Source: Syntrophaceae bacterium
Lineage (GTDB): Bacteria; Desulfobacterota; BSN033; UBA1163
DNA length: 64,000 bases
Direction of reading: 5' to 3'
NCBI GenBank assembly: GCA_013388645.1
Contig: JACAEV010000100.1
Span: forward strand, 24,934 to 88,933
Every line of letters starts with the position of its first letter. The stretch's first letter is position 1. The notes below the pieces were generated by a model. It had not been told where the DNA came from, did no database searches, and worked only from the letters and a program-made list of their open reading frames with translations. Made by a program: the position numbers and the translations under genes. This document shows positions 47,501 through 55,890 of the stretch, piece after piece.

Positions 47501-48415
47501 CTAAAAATCTTGAGCCTCTCCTCCCCAGCGATAGGGGTCGAGGCCTCCAGTGTACCCTCTTACCGTCCAGTAAGGTTGTTGGCCAAAGAACCTGTAAACG
47601 TTTTCGGCATATCCGCGCTTGTTCATATCCGAATGGTGAAAGCTCGGTGCCGATGCCAGATGATTTCCCGTAACGTTGAGAGTAAAGGTTTTTAGACTCG
47701 CTCTGTTCAAAACATCGAAGGGAACTGCAACCAAATGGTCGCCTCTGCCCTTGACATGCGAAAGGACTAAAAGGATGATCTGTCCATTTGAAGAGTCAAT
47801 AGTAAAGTCGCTGACCCTTGCGCTGACATTGCCTTCAGTTGCTTGGACTTCGGTGCCAATCAATTGGGTTCTCAGGTAAAAGTCAGTGGTTGATGGCGTA
47901 CTTTCTCCCTGTATCCAGTAGGGGCCTCCTATCCCGTAGGTTCGGTAAATCTCAGCAACCCAGTTAGGGTCGATTGGTTGTGGAATGCTATAGAGAGGGG
48001 AATCTGTAGGGTACTGTCTCAGCAAATAGAGATCTGGATCCTCACGGTTGTTAACGGATGCTATTGCCATAATAGGGAACCGAACAGTAAAGGTGCGGTT
48101 ATCGTTTCTTTCAAGACATCCATAGGGAATCGCCACCTGATCGGCTCCGAATCCCGGGACATTGGAAAGAACGACAAGAGCCACGCGATCATTAGCCTGA
48201 TCGATGACGAGATTGCTGATTTGGCCTAGGTAATTGCCCGCACGACCATCGACACGCTGCCCTATCAACCAACTGGCTTCATATCTGTCCCGACCCATTG
48301 GCTGGTAAATGCCTCCTACTTCTGCTTTCTGCCATACTCCGGCAAAAGCACTACTGCCAAAAAGAACTAAGTTGAAAATGGAAATCAGCATTAAGAATCT
48401 AATTGTCTTGTTCAT
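47501..48415 (-). CDS. Secreted tandem-PRC-barrel protein, paralogue 2
   Basis: Same architecture as 46379..47284 (LGQISNLVIDQANDRVALVVLS; ARVSDFTIDSSNGQIILLVLS; ...FFGQQPYW). Confidence 0.7.
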   Translation of the reverse strand: MNKTIRFLMLISIFNLVLFGSSAFAGVWQKAEVGGIYQPMGRDRYEASWLIGQRVDGRAGNYLGQISNLVIDQANDRVALVVLSNVPGFGADQVAIPYGCLERNDNRTFTVRFPIMAIASVNNREDPDLYLLRQYPTDSPLYSIPQPIDPNWVAEIYRTYGIGGPYWIQGESTPSTTDFYLRTQLIGTEVQATEGNVSARVSDFTIDSSNGQIILLVLSHVKGRGDHLVAVPFDVLNRASLKTFTLNVTGNHLASAPSFHHSDMNKRGYAENVYRFFGQQPYWTVRGYTGGLDPYRWGGEAQDF

Positions 48416-48535
48416 TTTTCTTTCCTCCTTTTTGATTACTTTTTAGTGGCTGCTCACGCCGCAGGCGCATGTCCCCTTTCTTTCAGCCTGTTTTCCGGGG
48501 ACTAGGAAATAACCTGGGACAATACCTCATTTTGA
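48416..48535 (-). promoter_or_regulatory. Conserved structured 5' leader of PRC-barrel paralogue 2
   Basis: GUCCCC-N20-GGGGAC hairpin and RBS AAAAAGGAGGAAAG, as in the paralogue 1 leader. Confidence 0.3.
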
Positions 48536-48594
48536 CTTTTATGAAAAAAGGTACACTTAAAGCGGTACCCTTTTGATAGAGATTCACTTCAATG

Positions 48595-49011
48595 CTACTT
48601 CTTTTCAGGAGTTTTCTCTGAAAGAGTAGTTTTTTCAGAAGGGGTCTCTTTCTTTGCCGTCACTTTTGGCATGCTGACCCTGATAGACTCAGCCATCAGT
48701 TTTTCCCCCTCTTTCTTGTATTCCACGGACGCCCACATGCCTTTTTTCAAATCGCTAAAAGGTAGCTCTTTCTTGCCTTCAACGATTTTTGTATGGTCCC
48801 CTAAAGAAAAGGTCATCTTTTCTTTGTGGTATTGCACGAGAACGTCCTTGGTAGCCTCATCGACTTTTTCAACCACGCCACTAAACTTCTCCAGTTTGGT
48901 CTCTTGTGTAGTGGTTGCCTGAGGAACTGGTTTCTGTTCTGCCATCACCGCAGAGACAAAGGCTACTGAAATAACCAGAGCGACTAAATTCAGTAGGATC
49001 GTTTTTTTCAT
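48595..49011 (-). CDS. Secreted K/E-rich hypothetical protein (138 aa)
   Basis: Signal peptide MKKTILLNLVALVISVAFVSAVMA, then a low-complexity T/K/E-rich mature domain. AAGGTG RBS. Confidence 0.55.
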   Translation of the reverse strand: MKKTILLNLVALVISVAFVSAVMAEQKPVPQATTTQETKLEKFSGVVEKVDEATKDVLVQYHKEKMTFSLGDHTKIVEGKKELPFSDLKKGMWASVEYKKEGEKLMAESIRVSMPKVTAKKETPSEKTTLSEKTPEKK

Positions 49012-49071
49012 TTCTATTCACCTTCTTTCATTGAGATTTCGGTATTGCCCCAAGTTACCATCGAAGCTTCC

Positions 49072-49458
49072 TCAAATTCCCGTTGATACATTCAACTTCT
49101 CACGGAAGAATTTGGAGATCAAATTCAACAATTCCTCCTTGGTAAAGGGTTTTTTCAGTAAGCCTGCTTCGAACCTGGCCTTCTCCTTTTCAAGAAGGGA
49201 ACGAAAGCCGTCAAACTCACTGCTCATGTAAATTGTTTTCACCTTTGGATCATGCTTCCTTATCATACTTATCATTTCCAATCCGTTTATGCTCCTCATC
49301 TGGATATCCGTAATGACCAGATCCGGTCTGAATGAGAGGTAAGTCGAATAACCGGCCTCCCCGTCCGAAGCCAACCGCACTTCAAAGCCTTCTTCCTCTA
49401 ACATCACGCGAACGATGAAGGCCCAGCTTTTGTTGTCGTCTACAATTAGTATCTTCAT
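49072..49458 (-). CDS. Single-domain response regulator (CheY-like receiver)
   Basis: Start at the internal ATG (MKILIVDDNKSW...). DD pair, phospho-acceptor Asp in LVITDIQM, conserved T/K (YMSS...KKPF). Confidence 0.8.
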   Translation of the reverse strand: MKILIVDDNKSWAFIVRVMLEEEGFEVRLASDGEAGYSTYLSFRPDLVITDIQMRSINGLEMISMIRKHDPKVKTIYMSSEFDGFRSLLEKEKARFEAGLLKKPFTKEELLNLISKFFREKLNVSTGI

Positions 49459-49497
49459 CTTCTCTTTTTTCTCCGACCTCTTTGATAAGCTTATTTG

Positions 49498-49513
49498 AGC
49501 AAACGGCATGCCA
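49498..49513 (-). promoter_or_regulatory. Sigma54 promoter TGGCAT-N5-TTGCT driving the CheY-like regulator gene
   Basis: The minus-strand sequence reads TGGCATgccgtTTGCT. GG and GC sit at the canonical -24 / -12 spacing, about 40 nt upstream of the ATG at 49458. An NtrC-family activator is encoded immediately upstream. Confidence 0.5.
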
Positions 49514-49645
49514 AAAGTTTTTCTGCCGTATACCCTCATAATATTCAAGGGGTTTTCTTTCTGGCGGGAATTCTGAAGAATCTCTTTTTGTAGCTAATTC
49601 ACCTACAGAAAGGGGAACGGAGGTGAGCCGAATCCCTACACTCTA

Positions 49646-51010
49646 TCAGGATTCTCTAAAATCTTCTGTTTTTAGACCATGTTTCTTTAGGAGATCGTAG
49701 AAATCAACCCGGTGCTTTCCAGCAAGCTTTGAGGCGTTGGTCACATTGCCTTCACAGAGTTCAAGGAGGCGGATAAGATATTCCTTCTCAAACTCATCTC
49801 TGGCTTCTCTGAGAGGTTTTACAGATCCCTGGGAGATTGACAGTGTGGTTTTGAGAATAAGGTCTTCAGTAAGGACATCTTTTTGAGCCATGGCCACCGC
49901 GTACTCTATGGTGTTCTCTAACTCTCGCACATTCCCGGGCCATTCATGAAGCATCAGCTTCTGTATTGCCTTAGGGGTGAAACCTTTCACCTCCTTTTTC
50001 ATCTCGCCGCTGAATTTCTTTAGGAAGTATCTTGCTAAAGGCGGAATGTCTTCTTTTCTTTCTCTCAACGGCGGCAGAAGGATGGGGACAACATGAATCC
50101 GGTAAAAGAGATCTTCACGGAAAAGTCCTTGTTTAACCTGGTCTTCAAGGTCTCTCTGAGTGGCCACAATCACCCGAATATCCACCTCCACAGATCTTTC
50201 ACTGCCCACCGGATAGAACTGTCGCTCTTGAAGCACCCTCAGAAGTTTGGCCTGAATTGAAAGAGGCATATCTCCAATCTCATCCAAAAAGATAGTGCCT
50301 TCATGACCCTGAGTAAACAAACCTCTTTTACTCCGAATCGCCCCGGTAAAGGCCCCCTTTTCATGGCCAAAAAGTTCAGACTCCAGGAGATTTTCAGGAA
50401 GAGCGGCACAATTGATTGCTACGAAGGGTTTATCCCTCCTCTCACTTGCAACGTGAACAGCTTTTGCGATCAACTCCTTGCCCGTGCCGCTCTCTCCATG
50501 GATATAGACTGTAGAATCCGTTTGGGCAATCCTGGATACCACTTCCAGCACCCTTTGCATCTTCTCGCTTTTGGCCACAATATTTGAAAACTCATACTTC
50601 TCTTTCAGAAGACCCTTAAGCCGTTTGATTTCCGAGGTGAGCCTTCGATTCTCCAAAGCCTTTTCGATTTGTAAGAGCAGGTCGGGGGGATTAAAAGGCT
50701 TGGTAATGTAGCTATAGGCTCCTCTTTTCATGGCCTCCACCGCACTCCCAATCGTTCCATAGGCTGTGACGATAATGACGGGCATCTCAGGGAGAATCGC
50801 ATGAAGTCTCTCCATTAATGAGATCCCATCCTGGTGGATTAGCTGGAGATCGACAAGGGAGACGTCAAACGTTTGCTCCTTGATCGCCTCGATGGCCTCC
50901 TCTTCTTGTAGGGCTGCGGTTACCTTATAGCTTGCAGACTCGAGTCTGATTTTTACCAGGTCTATGAAATTTCTGTCATCATCAACTAATAAGATCTTTC
51001 CTGAAACCAT
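49646..51010 (-). CDS. Sigma54-dependent response regulator (NtrC family: receiver, AAA+ and HTH)
   Basis: Receiver LLVDDD...DVSLVDLQL, Walker A GESGTGKE, GAFTGA motif ESELFGHEKGAFTGA, C-terminal HTH NVTNASKLAGKHRVDFYDLLKKHGL. Confidence 0.9.
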   Translation of the reverse strand: MVSGKILLVDDDRNFIDLVKIRLESASYKVTAALQEEEAIEAIKEQTFDVSLVDLQLIHQDGISLMERLHAILPEMPVIIVTAYGTIGSAVEAMKRGAYSYITKPFNPPDLLLQIEKALENRRLTSEIKRLKGLLKEKYEFSNIVAKSEKMQRVLEVVSRIAQTDSTVYIHGESGTGKELIAKAVHVASERRDKPFVAINCAALPENLLESELFGHEKGAFTGAIRSKRGLFTQGHEGTIFLDEIGDMPLSIQAKLLRVLQERQFYPVGSERSVEVDIRVIVATQRDLEDQVKQGLFREDLFYRIHVVPILLPPLRERKEDIPPLARYFLKKFSGEMKKEVKGFTPKAIQKLMLHEWPGNVRELENTIEYAVAMAQKDVLTEDLILKTTLSISQGSVKPLREARDEFEKEYLIRLLELCEGNVTNASKLAGKHRVDFYDLLKKHGLKTEDFRES

Positions 51011-51108
51011 TCGTCCCTCATTTATTTTCGTATGTAGTTAGGTTATCTTCATTCTTCTGTCCATTCTTTATTTCCAGGATACCACCTCTCCTAAAAAGCC
51101 AAGAAAGA

Positions 51109-52554
51109 TTAAACAGGCAAAACAAAAATGAAACGGCTCCCTTCTCCCTGTTTGCTTTCTACCCAAACCTCCCCTCTATGGGATTTGATAATCTGCTTAA
51201 CGATCGCCAAACCCAATCCGGTTCCTTTGGCCCGAGATAAACCAACGGCACTTGCTTGTTCGAACTTGTTGAATATGATTGTCAGATTTTCCCGCGGTAT
51301 TCCTGGACCTGTATCTGTTACGGACACCTCAACCCCTTGGTGAACGGGGCGTGCCAGAACCCTCACCTCTCCCCCCTCGGGAGTAAACTTCACGGCGTTT
51401 CCAACCAGGTTTCGAAGAACTTGAAGGATTCTCTCTATGTCCATTTCAATTCTCGGTAATCGCCCTTCCGCCTTCGCCTCAATCACGATTCGTTTGGCTT
51501 CCGCAAGGGGACTGATTTCATTGATCGATTGTTCAATCAGAGGTTCGAGGCTCGCTCGTTGAAAGTCATACGTCATCATCCCCGCTTCCATTTTGGAAAG
51601 GTCCAGCAAAGAATTGACGAGACCAATCAAACGGTCGCCTTCTTCTGCCAGAATGGTTAAAAGCCTCTTTTGCTTTTCGGTCCCTAACCCACCTAAGTCT
51701 TCAGACAAAAGGTTAGCCCCTTCTCTCATGGAAATGAGCGGCATGCGTAATTCATGGGACACGGTTGAAAAAAAATCGGACTTCATCTTATCAAGGGCCT
51801 TTAGTTTCCCACACATTAGGTTAAAAGCCTCTGCAACCCTTTTTATCTCTGGTGGGGAAGAGATGTTCAAATCACTTTCAAAAATGCTCTGAGATACTTC
51901 TCCCGTTTTTTCCACTAAAATAGTTAAGGGTTTATTGATGCTTCTTGTAATAAAAAAGGAGATACCCGTTCCTAAAACAATTGTTGAAAGAGCCATGAGG
52001 ATCACCAGACTCCGGGCAGAGACCCCGGCTTCCCCCAACATCTTTAACCTGTTTGAGATGTCTTGCCAGGAATAACCTTCAAGCGTTTCCAGTTTTTTCA
52101 AAATTTCTGCTGAAACGTTTTCTTTTTCTTGCTTATACCATTTTCTATCATAGCTTTGGTTTATTCTCGCAACCCTGGTTTCCTCTTCAATCAATGACTG
52201 ATAATTTTCATAATATGCTTTCACCTTACCGAGAGAAGCCCTTTTCTTAGGTGTATCTGCGAGGGAGCTTGCTTCATTAAGATATTTCCTAAACTCCCTC
52301 GCGGCCAAGATAAACGCGTCGCTCTGAGAAGGGTTCCCTGTGGTGATATGCTCATCTTCATATTGTCGCTGCATTAGGATAGAATCCGCGAGCTCCTTTT
52401 TGTGGTTTAGAAGGGAGTTATCAATCTTCAGAATATACTGATTTTCAGTATTGAATTCGTGAAGCTTTAAAATAGCATACGTGCTTACCGTAATTACCAA
52501 AGCCAGCATGATGAGATAACCAATCATCAGCCGGGAAAGTATTGTTAATTTCAT
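51109..52554 (-). CDS. Sensor histidine kinase (two TM helices, periplasmic sensor, HAMP, HisKA, HATPase)
   Basis: Start at ATG 52554 with GAAGGAGA RBS (the track starts at a TTG at 52587). H-box FFSTVSHELRMPL. G boxes TDTGPGIP and GTGLGLAIVKQI. Confidence 0.85.
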   Translation of the reverse strand: MKLTILSRLMIGYLIMLALVITVSTYAILKLHEFNTENQYILKIDNSLLNHKKELADSILMQRQYEDEHITTGNPSQSDAFILAAREFRKYLNEASSLADTPKKRASLGKVKAYYENYQSLIEEETRVARINQSYDRKWYKQEKENVSAEILKKLETLEGYSWQDISNRLKMLGEAGVSARSLVILMALSTIVLGTGISFFITRSINKPLTILVEKTGEVSQSIFESDLNISSPPEIKRVAEAFNLMCGKLKALDKMKSDFFSTVSHELRMPLISMREGANLLSEDLGGLGTEKQKRLLTILAEEGDRLIGLVNSLLDLSKMEAGMMTYDFQRASLEPLIEQSINEISPLAEAKRIVIEAKAEGRLPRIEMDIERILQVLRNLVGNAVKFTPEGGEVRVLARPVHQGVEVSVTDTGPGIPRENLTIIFNKFEQASAVGLSRAKGTGLGLAIVKQIIKSHRGEVWVESKQGEGSRFIFVLPV

Positions 52555-52590
52555 AACGGCGTCTCCTTCGCTCCACGGAACGCACAAATG

Positions 52591-53937
52591 CTAATCCATC
52601 CCCGCTTCCTCCATATTAGCGACGATGACGAGAATGTAGTTCTCTGGATGGAGATGGGTTTTGGCAACACGGAGAACCTCTTCTCTGGTAACGGACTTGA
52701 TGAGGAATTTATATTTCTCAGGGTAGTCCAAACCTAAACCATAATACTCCACCTGAGTGAGAAAATTAGCCAACTTTCCTTGAGTGTCAAAACGCATAGG
52801 GAAACTGCCGACGAGGTATTTCTTTGCCCCTTCAAGTTCTTTCTCTGATACTTTCTCTTCTTGAATTCGCTTTATTTGTTGAAGAGCGATAGAGATAGCC
52901 TTTCGAGCAGATGCATTTTTTGTCTGGAGGACGACTTGGAAAGACCCTGGGTATGTTCCAGCGTCAAAAAAACTATCTACAGAATAGGCCAATCCCCTCT
53001 TGTTTCTGATTTCCTCCATCAAACGAGACGCAAACCCTCCGCCTCCCAGAATATAGTTCATGACACTAAGGGCATAGAAATCGGGGTTGCCTCGACTCAC
53101 TCCAACATGGCCAAGAATAATATTGGCCTGTGTGATCCTCCGATCGATCTTAATTGTTTTCATCCCTTTGGGAAAGACGGATTCAAAAACCTTTTTAGGA
53201 ATTTCACTTTGGGGCCATTTTTCAAGTCGGGGAAGAAGTCTTGTTTTTATTTCATTGTCATTAATGTCTCCAACCACAGTGAGAATGGCATGATTGGGAT
53301 GATAATAAGTTCGAAAAAAACGAAGGACGGACTCCCGTGTGATTTGGGGAAGTGATTCCTTGGTGCCCTCTACCGGATATTTGTATGGGCCTCCCAGAAA
53401 AAGGGCTTTCTGAAATTCTCTTTCAGCAACCCAACCGGGTTGATCCTCGGCGGACCGGATAGCAGCCAATGTTCTTTCGACTTCCCTTCGGATCTCCGCC
53501 TCAGGAAAAATGGGTTGGGTCAGTACCTCCATAAAGAGATCCAGCCCTTTATCCAGATCTTTCTTCAGAATACGGAGAGTTAACGTGGTAAAATCCCTTC
53601 CAGATAAAACATCCAGAGAGGCTCCCATAAAATCCAACACTTCATTGAGTGCTGTGAGAGAGTGCTTAGGGGTCCCCATAAGAAGTCCTTTTGCAGTGAT
53701 ATGAGATAAACCCTCTTTCTCAGAAGGATCTCTTGAGGACCCTCCATCAATGAGAAGCTCGAACGTCACAAAAGGGAGGGAACGCTCCTGGCAGAAAAGA
53801 AGGCGGAGTCCGTTTGGAAAAACCATTTTCTCGACAGGAGGTATGGCGTAAACCGTACCTGGAAGGAGAACGAGCCACGGAAATAACAGTACGAATATAA
53901 AGAGAACACTTGACCCCTTACGGATTTTAGGAATCAT
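52591..53937 (-). CDS. M16-family peptidase, non-catalytic-type subunit
   Basis: Signal peptide. Pitrilysin fold without an HxxEH motif. Partner of the next gene. Confidence 0.8.
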   Translation of the reverse strand: MIPKIRKGSSVLFIFVLLFPWLVLLPGTVYAIPPVEKMVFPNGLRLLFCQERSLPFVTFELLIDGGSSRDPSEKEGLSHITAKGLLMGTPKHSLTALNEVLDFMGASLDVLSGRDFTTLTLRILKKDLDKGLDLFMEVLTQPIFPEAEIRREVERTLAAIRSAEDQPGWVAEREFQKALFLGGPYKYPVEGTKESLPQITRESVLRFFRTYYHPNHAILTVVGDINDNEIKTRLLPRLEKWPQSEIPKKVFESVFPKGMKTIKIDRRITQANIILGHVGVSRGNPDFYALSVMNYILGGGGFASRLMEEIRNKRGLAYSVDSFFDAGTYPGSFQVVLQTKNASARKAISIALQQIKRIQEEKVSEKELEGAKKYLVGSFPMRFDTQGKLANFLTQVEYYGLGLDYPEKYKFLIKSVTREEVLRVAKTHLHPENYILVIVANMEEAGMD

Positions 53938-53946
53938 GGAACCTCC

Positions 53947-55332
53947 TTATCGAATGAACCGTTCTTTGAGAGAAGGCCCAGTTAGTGTGGGTTTTCCTTC
54001 CTTAGGCGGTAAGGGAATCAGAATCCCGACAGTTCGGTTGTCCGGAATGAGATATTTCTTGGCCGCTCTTTGGATGTCTTGTGGGGAGACTTTTCTGATG
54101 GCTGGAAGGTAATCGTCGATAGCTTTCCAGCCAACGGCAATCTCATGTTGGGCTAAGAGCATGGCTTGATAGAAAAGAGAATCCTGTCCAAATATGAAAG
54201 AAGCCTCGATTTGATTTTTTGCCTTTGCTAATTCACGCTCCCCCAATGGCTCTTTTTGAAGTCGTCCGATCTCTTGATCCAGAGCCTTTTCCACTTCCGA
54301 CACTTCTTTTCCCGGGAGAACTTCTGTTGAGAGAAGAAAGAGGCTCGAGTCTCTGGAGAGAAGAGAGTGATCTGCATCGGCTCCAAGAACAAGCCTTTTG
54401 TCCAGGACAAGGCTTTTATAGAGTCGAGAGCTTTTCCCTTCGGAGAGGATCGTGGCAATTACTTCCAGCACATAGCTATCTGGTTCACGGAGGTTTGGGA
54501 CATGGTAGCCCATGACCAGAAATGGAAGTTGAGCCTCCTTCCTTACAATGATTCTTCGCTCTCCTACCTGAGGAGGTTCTTTATCTCCTTCTTGAACGGG
54601 TGACCCCCCTTTCGGATAGGGCCCAAAGGCTTTCTCAATCTTTGACAGAAGTTCCTCTTTTTTGAAATCTCCGACAATGACAAGAAAGGCATTGACAGGG
54701 TTATAGTGGGTCCGGTAATATGTCTTTAAGTCCTCGAGTGTAAATCGCGCAATATCCTCCATCCATCCAACAGTGGGCCAGTGATAGGGATGTACTTGAA
54801 AAGCGGTGGCTTCCAACTGTTCGAGAAGATAAGCTTGAGGATTATCTTCCGTACGAAGTCTTCGCTCTTCCATCACGACCATTCGCTCTGTACGGAAGTC
54901 CTCCTCCCGAAGAAGTAAGTTCTGCATTCGGTCGGATTCTAAATCGATGGCAATTCGGATTTGATCTGCACTTAAATTCTCGAAATAGGCCGTAAAATCA
55001 CGCGAGGTGAAGGCGTTGTCATTCCCCCCATTCTCTTGAATGATTCTTGAATACGCTTCAGGACCAATCTTTTGGGTCCCCTTAAACATCATATGCTCCA
55101 GCATATGGGAAAGACCCGTCTTGCCCCACTCTTCATTCCGTGACCCGACCCGATACCAAATCTGAAACGTTATGAGGGGCGTCTTATGATTCTCCAGAAG
55201 GATCACCTTTAATCCATTGGACAAAACAGCTTCGAAAACTTGCTCATTGAGTCCTGCATGAGAAATCGGGATGAATAGAAGAAAGAAAGGGAGTAAAAGA
55301 ATGATTGTTCTTATCCTTGCTTTTGAATTCAT
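53947..55332 (-). CDS. M16-family zinc peptidase, catalytic subunit
   Basis: HMLEHMMFKGT inverted zinc-binding HxxEH motif. Start trimmed to ATG 55332 (MNSKARIRTIILLLPFFLL signal peptide) with GGAGAGG RBS. Confidence 0.85.
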   Translation of the reverse strand: MNSKARIRTIILLLPFFLLFIPISHAGLNEQVFEAVLSNGLKVILLENHKTPLITFQIWYRVGSRNEEWGKTGLSHMLEHMMFKGTQKIGPEAYSRIIQENGGNDNAFTSRDFTAYFENLSADQIRIAIDLESDRMQNLLLREEDFRTERMVVMEERRLRTEDNPQAYLLEQLEATAFQVHPYHWPTVGWMEDIARFTLEDLKTYYRTHYNPVNAFLVIVGDFKKEELLSKIEKAFGPYPKGGSPVQEGDKEPPQVGERRIIVRKEAQLPFLVMGYHVPNLREPDSYVLEVIATILSEGKSSRLYKSLVLDKRLVLGADADHSLLSRDSSLFLLSTEVLPGKEVSEVEKALDQEIGRLQKEPLGERELAKAKNQIEASFIFGQDSLFYQAMLLAQHEIAVGWKAIDDYLPAIRKVSPQDIQRAAKKYLIPDNRTVGILIPLPPKEGKPTLTGPSLKERFIR

Positions 55333-55509
55333 TGTCCTCTCCGCTACACCTTGTTTGCCCTTATTGGCTATTGTCCTCAAATCATTCGATTTACGGAACA
55401 CCCTTTTCCATCAATTGGTTGAGATCATCTTCAGTCTATCGATGAAAAACCCCTCACTCGGAACCTTCCTGCTGCGCCTTTGGCCGGGCTCACACTGAAC
55501 CCCTTCTAA

Positions 55510-55782
55510 CTATTCGGAAAATCTCTTCTTGCCAATGAATAAATTGTAGAGCCAGCCGAGAAGTAATCCGCCGATTGCACCATCGATAAAGGCGTATAGG
55601 GTTCCAACAATTAAATCACCTATCGAACGCACGGCATGATAATCTGGATGGACCGAAGCTATCATCTTCAAGAACCCCTCGCCATATCCTGGCCAAATTA
55701 GGTTGGCAACACCTGTCATAAATAGTGCCAAAGCCCACAGAATGCCTGTAGCCAATGCAAGCGCTTTAAGATTTAATCTCAT
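55510..55782 (-). CDS. Small two-TM membrane protein (90 aa), hypothetical
   Basis: MRLNLKALALATGILWALALFMTGVANLIW ... GTLYAFIDGAIGGLLLGWLYNLFIG. Confidence 0.4.
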   Translation of the reverse strand: MRLNLKALALATGILWALALFMTGVANLIWPGYGEGFLKMIASVHPDYHAVRSIGDLIVGTLYAFIDGAIGGLLLGWLYNLFIGKKRFSE

Positions 55783-55890
55783 TTTTTGCCTCCTACCCCA
55801 TGGACAAAACAGGGAGCCTCATCCTCTGAATCGTATTGGGCCTTCTCCACGAAGCTCTTTCCTCCTCATCTGTCAGCTCAAAGACGAAGA

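Noticed and set aside
48595-49071. Sigma54 promoter upstream of the 138-aa secreted protein gene (TGGTAAC...GGGGCAA)
   Set aside because: The GG/GC spacing is off by one and the -12 context is poor.
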